DNA of 64,000 bases from an uncultured delta proteobacterium (lineage in GTDB: Bacteria; Desulfobacterota; Binatia; UBA9968), in assembly GCA_963727625.1 (NCBI GenBank), contig CAVSHR010000012.1, positions 224,001-288,000 of the forward strand, written 5' to 3'. How positions within the stretch are numbered: the first letter of the stretch is position 1; every line of letters starts with the position of its first letter. The notes under the pieces were generated by a model. It ran no database searches and was not told the DNA's origin. It saw only the letters and a list, made by a program, of their open reading frames with translations. Positions 34,711 to 45,776 of the stretch are shown piece by piece. The position numbers and the translations under genes were made by a program.

Positions 34711-37655
34711 TTATGATGTTCCCGCCTGCTGAAGCACGCCGAAGATGGCATCGACGATCGCCGTGACCTTATCAAGATCGTCCTCTTCGGCGAAGATCGC
34801 GAAGGTGACTTTCTTTCTGAGTTCGCGCAGCTCCTTTTCACTCTGCCGCCAGTTGGCGAACTCGGCGAAGGCCGCGCGCACCTTCTTGCTGGCCATTTCG
34901 GCGTTGGCGATGCCCTCGTCGGTCAACTTGCACAAAACGAAGTAAGTCAGACCGTCGAGTCCCTTCGCCGTCTGGATTTTCTTTCGTTCGTCGTCACCTT
35001 CGATTTGCTTGATCAACTCGGCCAGGGCCTGTGCGGTGCTCTGCTGGCGATCCTCAAAACTCTCCTGGACGGCGCGCGCCCGCACCGCCATCGCTACGAG
35101 AAAAGGATCGTCGCTATTCTCCAAAGCCGTTCGCTCAATAGATTTGATCAGATTGATGACCTTGACCGCCTTCCCCTCCTCGGCTTTTTTGATGGCATCG
35201 ATGGCGGCACGATCGAGTTTCACGAATTTATCGCTCTGCTCCATGACCGCGGTGTCGATGTGTTTTTGCACCAGTTCGTTGGTTTTGCGCTGAAATGCCT
35301 TATCGACGTAAACAGTCGTGGCGTAGGCTTTTCGCACCACGGCGTAGATCGACGACAAGGTCGCATAGTCGTCCAGGAACGGCCGGAGAAAAGCGTCGGG
35401 CGAAATGATCTCGTAAAGCATTTCGATCTCTTTATATTCTTTGAAAAACTCCTTGCGCCGATCTTTGTCGCGAAAATGCTCGATCAGATTGTCCACATCC
35501 TTGTCGTTGAAGTTCTGCGTCACAAGCGCCAGGTACTCCGGCGCCTTGCTTTCCATCTTGGCCTTGAAGAGCTGCTTGAGCAGGCCGATATCTTTGACAA
35601 TCGCGTTCACTTCGTCACTGTCGAACGCCAGCGCCTTTTCCAGCTTGTCGAAGATACCGACGAAGTCGAGCACGAAGCCGTGCGGCTTGACCATCTCCTC
35701 TCGTTCGTTCTCATAGGGACGGTTCACCCGTGCGATCGCCTGCAAGAGCGTGTGGTCGCGCATGGGCTTGTCTAGATACATGGCGTAGAGGATTGGCGCG
35801 TCGAAACCAGTCAAAAGCTTCTCGGTCACGATCAAAATCTTTGGGTCTTCGCCGAATTTCGTGAAGTTCTTCCGAATTTGCTTCTCTTGCTTGTCGTCGA
35901 GGTGCCACTTTTTCATATGCGGTGGATCGTTGTTGTTGCCGGTATAAACAACAGCGGAGATACTCCGGCTTCAAGAAAGGAATCGAAGGCTTCTTTGTAG
36001 AGCGCGCACGCCTCGCGATCCACCGCCACCAGGAAGGCCTTGTAGCCTAGCGGCTCGACGTTATCGACGTAGTGAGCGGCGACATGACGGCCGACCTTGA
36101 TTATTCGCTCCCGCCCTTTGAGAAAATTCTTGAGGTTCACCGCCCGCTCGAGGATCTTATTCAGCTCTTCTATATCCGCGATCCCCTCGGTTTCGGCGAG
36201 CGCCAGGAATTCCTTTTCCATCACTTCGTGCGGCACGAGCATCTCGTTGGGCGCCAGATCGTAATAGAGCGGCAGCGTGGTGCCGTCGTCGATGCTCTCG
36301 CTGATCGAATACTTGTGCAGATAGCCCTTGTCGTCTTCGCAGCCAAAGGTCTTGAACGTTCCCTTGCCGTAAGCGGTCTTGTCCACCGGCGTCCCGGTGA
36401 AGCCAATGAACGTCGCGTTCGGCAGGCCCGCCATCAGGTAATTGCCGAGATCGCCGCCGGTGGTCCGGTGCGCTTCGTCGATCAGCACATAGATATTCGA
36501 CCTAGCGTTGATGTTTGCCGGCATGTCGCGGAATTTTTGCATTGTCGTGACAATGATCCCCCGATAGTCAGACTTGAGCAGCCGGTTTAGCTCCGCGATG
36601 CGATGGGCGTGGGCCACGTTGCCCAGCCCCACGGCCGCGAGATTCTTGAGCATCTGATCTTCCAGCTCATTGCGATCGATCATCAGCAAAATCGTAGGTT
36701 TGTCGGCCTGCGGCGCTTTGAAGAGCATCTCCGCGGCTTTGATCATCGTATACGTCTTGCCGCTGCCTTGCGTGTGCCAGATGAGGCCGCGAGAGAGCTT
36801 TGAGTCCAGCGCCCGCGCTACTACCCGGTCCACGCCCGCCGTCTGATGCTGGCGCAGCACGACCTTCTGCAGCTCTTCGTCCTTTTCGGCAAAAAGAATG
36901 AAGTCTTTCAGCAAGCGCAGCAGATGCGGCACGGCGCAAAACGTCTTGACCTTGGCTTCGAGATTGCCGATCTCTTCATGCTTCCAGCGAAAGATGTTGC
37001 GCCGGACCGTATTCCAGGTCGCGCCGTAGTCGAAACCGAGCGCCTCGGTCGCGGTGAAGAGCATCTGCGGCACCATGACCTCCGGCGTCTCGATGTGATA
37101 GCGGCGGATCTGATCGACGCCGAGCGCGATTCCTTCGTCCTTGGTCGCGTTCTTACACTCGATCACCAGCACCGGGATGCCGTTGATGAGAAAGACCAAG
37201 TCCTCGCGCGTGCCGTAGCGGCCGCTGTGGAAATAAAACTCCTCGGTGATTTCGTAGATATTGCGCCAATCGTTCCGGGACCGAGTCAGATCGCCACAAT
37301 CGATCAGCGTGATGTCCAGCTCGCGGTTGTCTTCCGCCGAGAAATACTTGTGCTGGTTGCGCAGCGCGGTCAGAAAATCGCGGTTGCCGTAGATATCCGA
37401 ATGAAATCGCTGGAATTCGCCGACCAGCGCACCCTCGGCTTCTTTGTACTTTGGATTGAAGGCACGAACCTGTGCATGCAACAGATCGCCGAAGAACAAA
37501 GAACTCTTGCGTGCCCGTTCCTCCGGCGTAGCACCCGCAGGATCAAACCCGCGCCGCCGCTCAGCCTCATCGCGCGGCACAAAGGTCCAGCCGATCTCTT
37601 GAGCGTAGGCTAAAATACGCGCCTGGACGGTCTTGTGCTCGGTCGGTCCCGGCAT
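34711..37655 (-). pseudogene. hsdR: type I restriction endonuclease subunit R, frameshifted near 35960-35980 (possibly assembly error)
   Basis: DLVFLINGIPVLVIECK, WHTQGSGKT, DEAHR, GFTGTP; second ORF has KLLTGFDAP and LLQAIARVNR. Confidence 0.9.
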
Positions 37656-37659
37656 GTGT

Positions 37660-38168
37660 TTAGTGGAACTCTTCCACTTCTTGAATAATTTCTTCCAACA
37701 GGCTGAGGCGAATGTGTAACGTTGAGGCGGTAGGAAGAGACCTCAATAAGCCAACGACTTCATCTTTTGATTTGTGTTTGCGGCGGATAGCCCGAAGAAG
37801 CACTCCAATCGTCCCATGTGTTGCCAGACCAAGGTTGCGCGCGGCCAAACGGGCCGCGGTATCGTCGGTCAGAACCAGACATCCAGGATGCGTTTGCGCT
37901 ACCTGCAAAGCCTCCTGTTCTCCGCGATGTAATCCCAGAAGCCGGCTTAACACATCAAGTTCGGTCGACAAGACTTCAGTCACCGTCATTTTGTGAAAAC
38001 GCACTGCGCTGTAGATGAGCGCAGCCGGTCGATGTTTCGCCACCTCGTCCCACACGGCTAATGGCACTAGCACTTGGGGAAAGTCTGCTAGCAACTCCAC
38101 GCACTCCACTTCATCCAAATGGATGAGGGGACCGGCATCACACACAACAATCGGTGACGTTGGGTCAT
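37660..38168 (-). CDS. PIN-domain toxin (DUF3368/VapC-like); natural ATG appears off-frame by 1 nt
   Basis: IVVCDAGPLIHL, LHRGEQEAL, LTDDTAAR, HGTIGVLL. Confidence 0.8.
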
Positions 38169-38362
38169 TCCCGGCCACGCAACCCCCAGGCCACGTCCTC
38201 CCGGATAAACGATTCGGCAAGCCGCGTAGAATGCGATTCCAGGTAGCGGCGCAGCGCCTCTGCCAACAATTCGTTGAAGTCGCTTACGGAGCCCTGCTCG
38301 ACAAACGCACGCGCTTCCTTGACTAGTTCCTCCGGCAGCTCAGCCTGAATTGCAGTTTTCAT
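38165..38362 (-). CDS. RHH/CopG-type antitoxin
   Basis: MKTAIQAELPEELV..LLAEALRRYLE; stop overlaps the toxin 5' end. Confidence 0.75.
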   Translation of the reverse strand: MKTAIQAELPEELVKEARAFVEQGSVSDFNELLAEALRRYLESHSTRLAESFIREDVAWGLRGRE

Positions 38363-38391
38363 AGATTTGCCTTTCCTAAACACATCCAGGT

Positions 38392-38769
38392 TTAGCGCGC
38401 CAAAAGTTCGGCGTCGCGCTGTTCAATACGCGAGATTAGCTCGCGCAACACCTGAGGCATTCTAGCCTGGAAGACTTCCGTGCCGCAAATTCGCTCAGGC
38501 CCGAAAAGCGCCGCATAATGCAATATCCCGTCGGCATGGACACTCACGGACAAAGTCTGCCGAGTCGATCGATACCATTCGAAAGTCAGCACCCCATCGG
38601 GCTCGGCACCGACCTCGGGGGCAGGCAGAGCGGAGTCGAGCGCATCGGCAAAGGCGCGCGCGCCCGTCACTGCCGCAACCGTTACGGCCTTCGCTCCGTA
38701 GCCGTCCCACCCCGCCACATTGCATTCCAAGGCGACCTCATCGATTTGTCGTCTAAGTTCCGCGTTCAT
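38392..38769 (-). CDS. hypothetical protein (WDGYGA...PDG...EW motif)
   Basis: 125-aa ORF co-oriented with the R-M operon; function not recognised. Confidence 0.6.
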   Translation of the reverse strand: MNAELRRQIDEVALECNVAGWDGYGAKAVTVAAVTGARAFADALDSALPAPEVGAEPDGVLTFEWYRSTRQTLSVSVHADGILHYAALFGPERICGTEVFQARMPQVLRELISRIEQRDAELLAR

Positions 38770-38864
38770 TGGATTATCTGTCTACGGCAGACTCGGCCAT
38801 TTTCATTGTGCTTTGATCAGAGCCCAACTCAGACCAGTTTTGTATTCGCCGGGCGAGGGCATGC

Positions 38865-40001
38865 TCAGGGTTTATCCTCAATGGCTTCTTTCACCACAGC
38901 CAGCAATTGCCGCTCGCTTGGCAGCTTGCCTTTGAGTGCCTTCGGCAGCTTCTCGGTCAGGTGATATTCCGCTACGCCGATGGGGTTGGTCTTCGACTTG
39001 AGGGAGAACTCTACCACGACGTCGTCTTTCTCTGCGCAGAGGATAATACCGATGGATGGATTGTCCCCAGGACCGCGCTCCTTTTGGTTGAGCAGATTGA
39101 GATAGAAGTCCATCTTGCCCGCATATTCCGGCTCGAATGCTCCGACCTTCAATTCCACAGCCACCAGCGCCTTGAGAAAGCGGTGGTAGAACAGCAAATC
39201 GATGAAATACTCCTTCTTGCTCAGCGCCAGCCGATGCTGGCGCCCGATGAAACAGAACCCGTAGCCCAGTTCGAGAATAAAATCCCGCAGCCGCTCGATC
39301 AGCCGGTCCTCCAGCTCCCGCTCCTTCACTTCACGCCGGATACCCAGGAACTCCAGGTTGTAGGAGCTCTTGAGTGCCTCCTCCGCCTGCTCGGCCAGAT
39401 AGTCCGGCAGGACAGCCGGGAAGTTATGCGTCTTGCCCTCCGCCAGCGACCGTTCATAGGCCTTGGCCTTGATCTGGTTGAGCAGCACGTTGCGGCTCCA
39501 GCCGAGTTTCGCTGCGGCCCGGAGGTAGTAAAGACGAGCCCGAGGTTCTGCAATCCTCTTGAGAATAAGCAAATTATGTCCCCACGGAACGGCAGCGACC
39601 AGGTGCGCAGCCCGTTGCTCCGCGACTTGTAAATCTGGAACAGGCTGTCCCAGATTTTCGGCGCTTCCCAGCTCCGATTCTGTTTCTGGGACAAGCTGTC
39701 CCAGAAATTCAGCTTCAGTGTAAGCGGCATAGAGTTGCCGCATTCGCCAGAGATTGTCGGGAGAGAAGCTGTTAGTCGAAGGAAACTCTTTGGTAAGATC
39801 CTTGGCGAGTGTTTCCACGACGGCTTTCCCCCAACCAAGATGGGCCTGCCTCTCCAGAATTCCTCGCCCGATGTCCCAATACAGAAGGATCAAATCCCGG
39901 TTCACCGCCCGCGCCGCGGAAATACGCGCGGATTGAATACGGCTCTTCAGCTCGGTGACAAACTCGGCATATTCATGGGTCGATGGGAGCTTGGTCTTCA
40001 T
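38865..40001 (-). CDS. YhcG/DUF1016 PD-(D/E)XK nuclease-like protein
   Basis: YWDIG..WGKAVVETLA, LELGYGFCFIGRQ, IDLLFYH, ELK, GKMDFYL, IGIILC. Confidence 0.92.
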   Translation of the reverse strand: MKTKLPSTHEYAEFVTELKSRIQSARISAARAVNRDLILLYWDIGRGILERQAHLGWGKAVVETLAKDLTKEFPSTNSFSPDNLWRMRQLYAAYTEAEFLGQLVPETESELGSAENLGQPVPDLQVAEQRAAHLVAAVPWGHNLLILKRIAEPRARLYYLRAAAKLGWSRNVLLNQIKAKAYERSLAEGKTHNFPAVLPDYLAEQAEEALKSSYNLEFLGIRREVKERELEDRLIERLRDFILELGYGFCFIGRQHRLALSKKEYFIDLLFYHRFLKALVAVELKVGAFEPEYAGKMDFYLNLLNQKERGPGDNPSIGIILCAEKDDVVVEFSLKSKTNPIGVAEYHLTEKLPKALKGKLPSERQLLAVVKEAIEDKP

Positions 40002-40204
40002 CGTTGCTCAGAAACTCCAACAGCCGTTGGAGAATTTGACGACAGGCTGCTGCCAACTTCTCTCAGAGGCTGTGAGAGAAGTTCTTGCACACCCTGCGCG
40101 AGAACTTCGTCCCAGTCAAAATCATGGACCCGAATCTGCGTCCACATCAACTGCTGCAACGAATTGCGCGACTGGACGGTCTTGTATTCGGTGGGATTAG
40201 CCAT
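39998..40204 (-). pseudogene. chimeric remnant: HsdR N-terminus fused to HsdS C-terminus
   Basis: MANPTEYKTVQSR resembles HsdR MPGPTEHKTVQAR; RNSLQQLMWTQIRVHDFD resembles HsdS RTLLHQLMTAQIRIRDID. Confidence 0.7.
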
Positions 40205-40373
40205 CAGTTGAGCCGAACCCATATGTCCACGTCTTGGACACATTTCTGGGATACGTCCAAAAAACTGGACTTTTTGAACATATCCCGTTCCCGCCGCATC
40301 AGGGCGTTGATAGCCGGTTCAGAGATTCGACTGTCGTTCATCCTTATTTCGCCGGTGCAAACAGGATCTTATC

Positions 40374-41777
40374 TCAGCGCCATGTTTGGTGCCAAGCCTG
40401 ATACTCCGAGGGGCGCAGGCGATAACGGGCAATATTCCCCTCGTGAAGACTCGTCAGCTCAGCTTCGACCACCTCAATGAAACGTGCTCGATCTTCCTCC
40501 GACACCCGGTCGGCAGCGCGGCGCTTGATGAATGCGGCTGCGTCCTTCTTATTCATCCCGCCGCGAACAACCGCGGCGACTATTTCAATCATCACAGAGC
40601 GGTAACGCAAACGAAACGGGTCAGGTTCGCCGAGTGATTGGCGCACCGCTGCGTAGCGGGCACTTGAACGCTCGTAAGCCCAGACAAAAACGTCGCGCAG
40701 CAATTCAACGCGATTTAACTCGTACACTGCGAGGAGGCCATCGATGTAAGCCCGCTGCGGCACATCGATGAACGACAAAGGTGAAAGATTTTGCCGGATA
40801 AGCGGGATATTGGCGGCCAGTCGTGAAACCCGTTTATTCACGTCCTCGAACGGTTGCAGATACGGCAAGTGAACCATCACAAAGAACCCTTGCTCAAATG
40901 GATCGGTAATGGCGGCGGCCGTATCCAGAATTTGCTGGAAGCATTCTTCGACTGACTGCGGCACTTCCAAGGGGTGATAGCTCGATCCGTCGATTCCAAC
41001 GGCAATCGCGCGCAGTCGTCCGGTGGCCCGCGAATCGGCAAGCAAGTTATCCGACAGGAGCGCATGCAGGTTGAGAATGGTGTAGCGGTTGAAGCCGATC
41101 TCGGCGGCCTGCTCGACCAATAGCTCTATGGCGGCTTTGTGATTCAGAATCATTTGCGCTTCGCGCGCATCTTTACCGTCGGCGCTCTCTCCCAGTTCAA
41201 GCAAACGCTCGGTTTCAAGCAGCGAGTACGTGTTGCCTTCCAGGCGGCTCGAGTTCCATGACAGGTCGATGAGCAGACGATTAAGATCTGCCGCGCGTAC
41301 GTTCCCGCCGGACGCTCACCGCCCGAAGATCGTCCGAAGCCTAAGAGATGTCGCCGGGTTTCGGCGGACAGGTAGAAAGTTTCGTTGGGCCGATAAGCGT
41401 CGAGAAATTCACGGCGATATCCGACCAGGCTGACGGTTTTGAATCGGCTGGCGAACGATTTTTTCAATAGCTTCGCCCGTCGGTGGAAAGTGGGATTCGA
41501 AGCTCACTACGACCCTCTGCTTTAATTTCAATCGTCGCCTCACCTCGTCCTTCCGCAATTCTGGGGAGGCGATAGCGGCTTGCGCGACCGCGTCCTTCAA
41601 TTATTAGCTTGCTTTTGTTTGACAAGTCTGCGCCAAACGTCGCTGCAGCGTGCGGTGCGGCAGTCCTTGAGTGCAAGGGCGAGAACGAATTTCTTCGACC
41701 GAAGCGCCTTGCGGAAAAGCTGGCCACCGCGGCGAGAATGGCCTGTCGAGATCCTTCTTGGGCGACTGTTTCGGCAT
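40374..41777 (-). pseudogene. Fic-family protein, multiply frameshifted in the 5' half
   Basis: HLPYLQPFEDVNKRVSRL Fic motif variant; 5' fragments GYRREFLDAYRPNETFYL and LPHRTLQRRL in shifting frames. Confidence 0.8.
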
Positions 41778-41791
41778 CAGGGCCTTCGTTA

Positions 41792-41879
41792 GTGGCGCGA
41801 TTTTAAAATCGCGCCACAATCGCGCCACATAGATCGTTTTATGGCGCGATAGTATTATCGCGCCACTTAAAGTGGCGCG
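41792..41879. repeat. array of six (G)TGGCGCG(A) half-sites in inverted pairs, probable operator
   Basis: Perfect 26-bp palindrome gtggcgcgattttaaaatcgcgccac at 41792-41817, plus further copies at 41818-41828, 41842-41865 and 41872-41879. Confidence 0.75.
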
Positions 41880-42029
41880 CAAGACCTTATAGTGTTGGCA
41901 GATCTGCTAATTAATCTGGATAGACGGGCTTGGATGAAGTCCAACGATATCTCAACAAAGCGGTTTTTTTCGACATATTCTCGACGCAAGCATGTCGTTA
42001 GGCAAACGCCCGTTACAATTCGTCTGCAT

Positions 42030-42243
42030 GGCAAGTTCTCGATCTCCGACGACAACTTCGCTTCCTGCAAAACCATCGCGTTGATCAAAACGCCCTGATT
42101 CGGAATCAAATCCCCCGCGCCCTTCAGCTCCGCCAGCGCCTTGTTCGCAGCGATCGCTTTCCTCAGCACCGCTTTCGTTTCAAGCTCCGCCTTCGGCGGC
42201 AGCAGCGGAAGATCGTTGTATGGCTTATCCGGATAAAAGGCAT
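42030..42243 (-). pseudogene. Fic_N-domain remnant of a second Fic protein
   Basis: PDKPYNDLPLLPP..ALAELKG..IPNQGVLIN..LQEAKLSSEIEN, then truncated. Confidence 0.8.
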
Positions 42244-42306
42244 CAGGACATTTCTTAAAAGTACGTGCGAACTCAATTTTCGTTTTATGTGAAGCTAAGT
42301 CTGTCA

Positions 42307-44063
42307 TCACATCATGCTGAATCCCCAATCCTTCCACTTCTGCACGTGTTTGTCGAAATGAGCGGCGGGAAGTCCTACGACGAGGAGATGTCGAGCACGA
42401 GTCATCGCGACGTACGCCACTCGTCGTTCCTCAGAACTTACTCCCTTGGAGACCGAATCGACAACCGCATTGAAGAACTTAGCGGAGCCAAGAACCAGTA
42501 CGGCGTCGATACTCTCGCCTTTGACTTGATGGATCGTCTCTTGCCGTATCGGCGGAAAGAGTGTCTGACCGACGAAGAGGGGAAGCTCCATTTGACTGAC
42601 GTCGAGCCCCGTCTTTTTCTGATCTTTTGACCAAGATTAGGGACCTCCTTGATGCCAAGCTCGGTTATCAGCTTTCCAACGCCGTGGCGAAGTCGCGAAA
42701 TCCATTCGCTCCCATTCAGGCTCACTGATGGAAGACCGTACGGGGACTTTACGAAACGCCAAATGGCTAGCTTCACTCGCGCAGCCTCGTCGGATTCGGG
42801 CTGCTCATCGACTTTCTCCCAGAGGTCAGAATCTTCAACTATCGAGCGCACCGAGCTCTCGACGATCTGGAAGGCTCGCTTGTATTCCTTTCGGCAATCG
42901 CGAAAGAACGATGCTTGGGCGAGGTCTTTGGTTTGGCCTTGTAGGTCGGTGTAGTTCACCTCGCCACGGATGGATTCGAGCTGTTGGTGTGCTCTACATA
43001 AAATTGCACTTGTCGCTTCATCGATTCCGGCTCGTTCGAGTGCCCGTTGAAACTCTGCAATGCTATGTGCAAATCCTTTTGTAGGCTCCCTGATGACGAT
43101 GGGCCGTCGGTGCTCATTCTTGCCATCCCCGCATCCGGCGAAGGAACTATTCCCGCCGATGTTGCGAACTGCTGACGGCAATACATTGTTGCACCTAAAG
43201 GACTGGGGCGAAGTGGCTTCTCAGGGATAGTCCATTTGTTTCTGAGCGCTGGGAGCGAGGTAGCATCAGCCATGCTGAACTCGTAGATGCACTGATCTGG
43301 GTCGCCGATAAGCGCAATATTGGTTCCCTTTCGCGGAGAAAGTTAAGCAGGATCAGCAGCCACACGTTCGTATCCTGGGCTTCATCAACGATGATTTCAG
43401 GGAACCGCCTGGCGATCAGTTCCGCGATGTGGGGGTCAAACAGGACGCGGCATGCCCAGAAGACGCGCTGTGCGTGCGTATAGAACCCAAACTCAGAAGT
43501 TCTTTCATTGGGTTGTAGCCTGCGAACTGGAGCTTGTTCCCTCCGAACGTTTTCGAGGCCCTGAAAGCGACTTTGCCATTGTCTGGATATGGAATGATCT
43601 CCCATGCTGGAACTTGACGTTTTTTCCCTCCTTTCAACTCTGTCCACATTATAAGCTTCTTGTTGTTCCAGTCTCCGGGGCTGGGAGCAATGAAGAGCTT
43701 TGGGCGTTTTGACGAGCCAATAATCAGATGTCCAAATGGCGAGAGAATGAAGCGCTCAACGAAGGCATCGAACGTGCCGACGAAATTTGGGGTCGGATAA
43801 AAGGTCGCGTCTTCCAACCTCTATTGTTGCTTCGTGGAACTCCCGAATGGCTGCATTAGTGAAAGAGAGGAGTCCGAGACCACCTGCAGCATGTGACCAG
43901 TTCGCACCGCGCCAGATAAAACGCCGCAAGATGTCCACGTTTTTCCGCTTCCCGGCGAGGCCCGGAGGAGAAACTCCAGCTCCTCAGCAAATATCGCGTC
44001 CTTCTGTTGGTCGGTCGGTTTCTGAGACAGGATTTGATCCCGCAGCGTTTCCAGCTTGTTCAT
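42307..44063 (-). pseudogene. UvrD/Rep SF1 helicase (GajB-like), several frameshifts
   Basis: ASPGSGKT, LSFTNAA, GTFDAF, IIVDEAQD, TIHQVKGES, YVAMTRA spread over shifted ORFs. Confidence 0.82.
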
Positions 44064-44070
44064 TTTTCAT

Positions 44071-45758
44071 TCAGGTTTGATTACGCCCAAGAATTGTTAG
44101 AGCCGCCAGAATGTAACTTGGAGCGGCTTCGGCTTGTAACCCGGAGGTTTCCAGCAGTGCAGCCAGTTCCTGGGCGAAGCGCCCTTTCGAAGTCCTCGTG
44201 TTAAGGAACGCAGCAAGGAACACGTCGGCTTTCTTGTCGTCCGAATCTAGCCCACCGACAGCTTCTTTTAGGGCTTTTCCATTAATTGGATGCATAATCT
44301 CAAAAGCTTCGAGATCAGCGGTAGAATACCAGCAGAACGCGCGAGTTCATGTTCAAAGGTGATCTCTGAATACTCTACCCGCAGGTTGGGAATATCCGCT
44401 TCCTTCGCCTTCAGTCCGGTGGCGGCAGCTGAAGGTGAATCACCAATCTTAGCGGCATCACCGTCAGTCAAAATCGCTACAGGGAAGCCTAGCCGTTTCT
44501 CTCCGAACAGGGGCAAGAAGGCGTTAAAGTTAAGTCCATCGGCGTTGAGCACGGTGACCGCTGATTCTTTGAGGGACCCGCCCGCGAGCTTTGCAAAAAC
44601 TGGTAGAAGAAGGGCTTCGGCGATGCCTTCGACCATAAGTATTCTACGGGCGAAGAAAAGCTCTCCACGGGTAGCGTCGAGAAACCGCTGGAGCTTCTTC
44701 TTTAGATCCCCTTCCATCTCGATGGTGCAAACCGATACAGCGCTCACCTTGCCATCGCGCTCGTGAACCGAAACCATCGAGTCAATCGGTGCTTGGCTCG
44801 CTAAGATCGGGGAGTGACTGCTCGCTATCACCTGAACTTCATTGCCCCCCTCTTCTGCAGCGACGTTCGCCAAGTGGCGCAGGAGAAGCACTTGAAGCTG
44901 GGGATGAAGGTGGGCTTCGGGTTCCTCGACGAGGATCGAACGAAATGAAAACTGAGCGCTTCGCCGCAAGGTTCCAAGAGTAGCGGCGGTGAACACTAGA
45001 TTGTTGTAACCGAGACCGTTGAGCGAGAACGGGAGCCCTTCGATTTCAGGCTGAAGTCCCGCGATGATTCGGTAAAAGGTGGGATCGCTGAAGATCAGTT
45101 CCGTCTCCTGGGCAAGCTCTTCGCCGGCGATTGAGGCCATCTGAGCGTTGATGTCCTTCCTCGCATCGACGACGGGTTTCAGTTCTCGAATCTTGTCGTT
45201 AGCATCCTTCGCAATAGCTTCGAATTGCCCTTGTTCGGCCTCGTCCGTGAGGCAGTCAACGAGGCGTGATACTTGGGAATGCCTACCGGGCCGAAGGCCG
45301 CTTTCTGGATCTCTGAGAGGCTGGAGATAGATTGACGCAAAGCGGTCATAGAGCTTTGAAGGTATAGTGCCGCTCTCCGTCTCGCCTCCCCACATTTTGA
45401 CATTCGGCCTACGCGTGGTTTTATTGAATTCGACGCGCGCATTCAGCCGCATCTCGAACTTACCTTCTCCAATATCGACGAGACACTCTTGAAAATAAAC
45501 TTCGTCTTCGTCAGTGAGGTGACAAAAAGCGCATGAGATTTCGATTGGCGCGTAATCCGTGCCGTTCCTGAAATCGTCTTCGTTGAGGCGAAGAGCATCG
45601 AAGTCGCGGCTCGAAAAGAGCATGAGACGCAACGCGTCGATGATCGCTGTTTTTCCTGAGTTGTTCTCTCCAACCAGTACGCAGAGTCCGCGCGGGAGAC
45701 TGACAGTAAGGTTTTCGATCTTCCGAAAATTTCGAATCTGGAGTTCTCGCAGTTGCAT
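44071..45758 (-). CDS. OLD-family ATP-dependent nuclease (ABC ATPase + TOPRIM; GajA-like), frameshift near the 3' end
   Basis: GENNSGKT, NGLGYNN, VEEPEAHLHPQ, SSHSP, VEGIAE, TDGD, TFEHEL, SKGRFAQELA. Confidence 0.88.
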
Positions 45759-45776
45759 AGGGACTGGCCATCCGAA

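Noticed and set aside
35913-35990. Programmed frameshift or phase variation in hsdR
   Set aside because: Two separate single-base insertions best explain it; there is no slippery heptamer or long repeat tract, and the whole island is indel-rich.
41792-41879. Mini-CRISPR or integron attC interpretation of the repeats
   Set aside because: No regular spacers, no cas or intI gene, and the repeats are short and inverted.
45759-45771. ATGGCCAGTCCC (MASP) after hsdS as a further hsdR stub
   Set aside because: Too short and lacks the E-[HY]-K-T motif.
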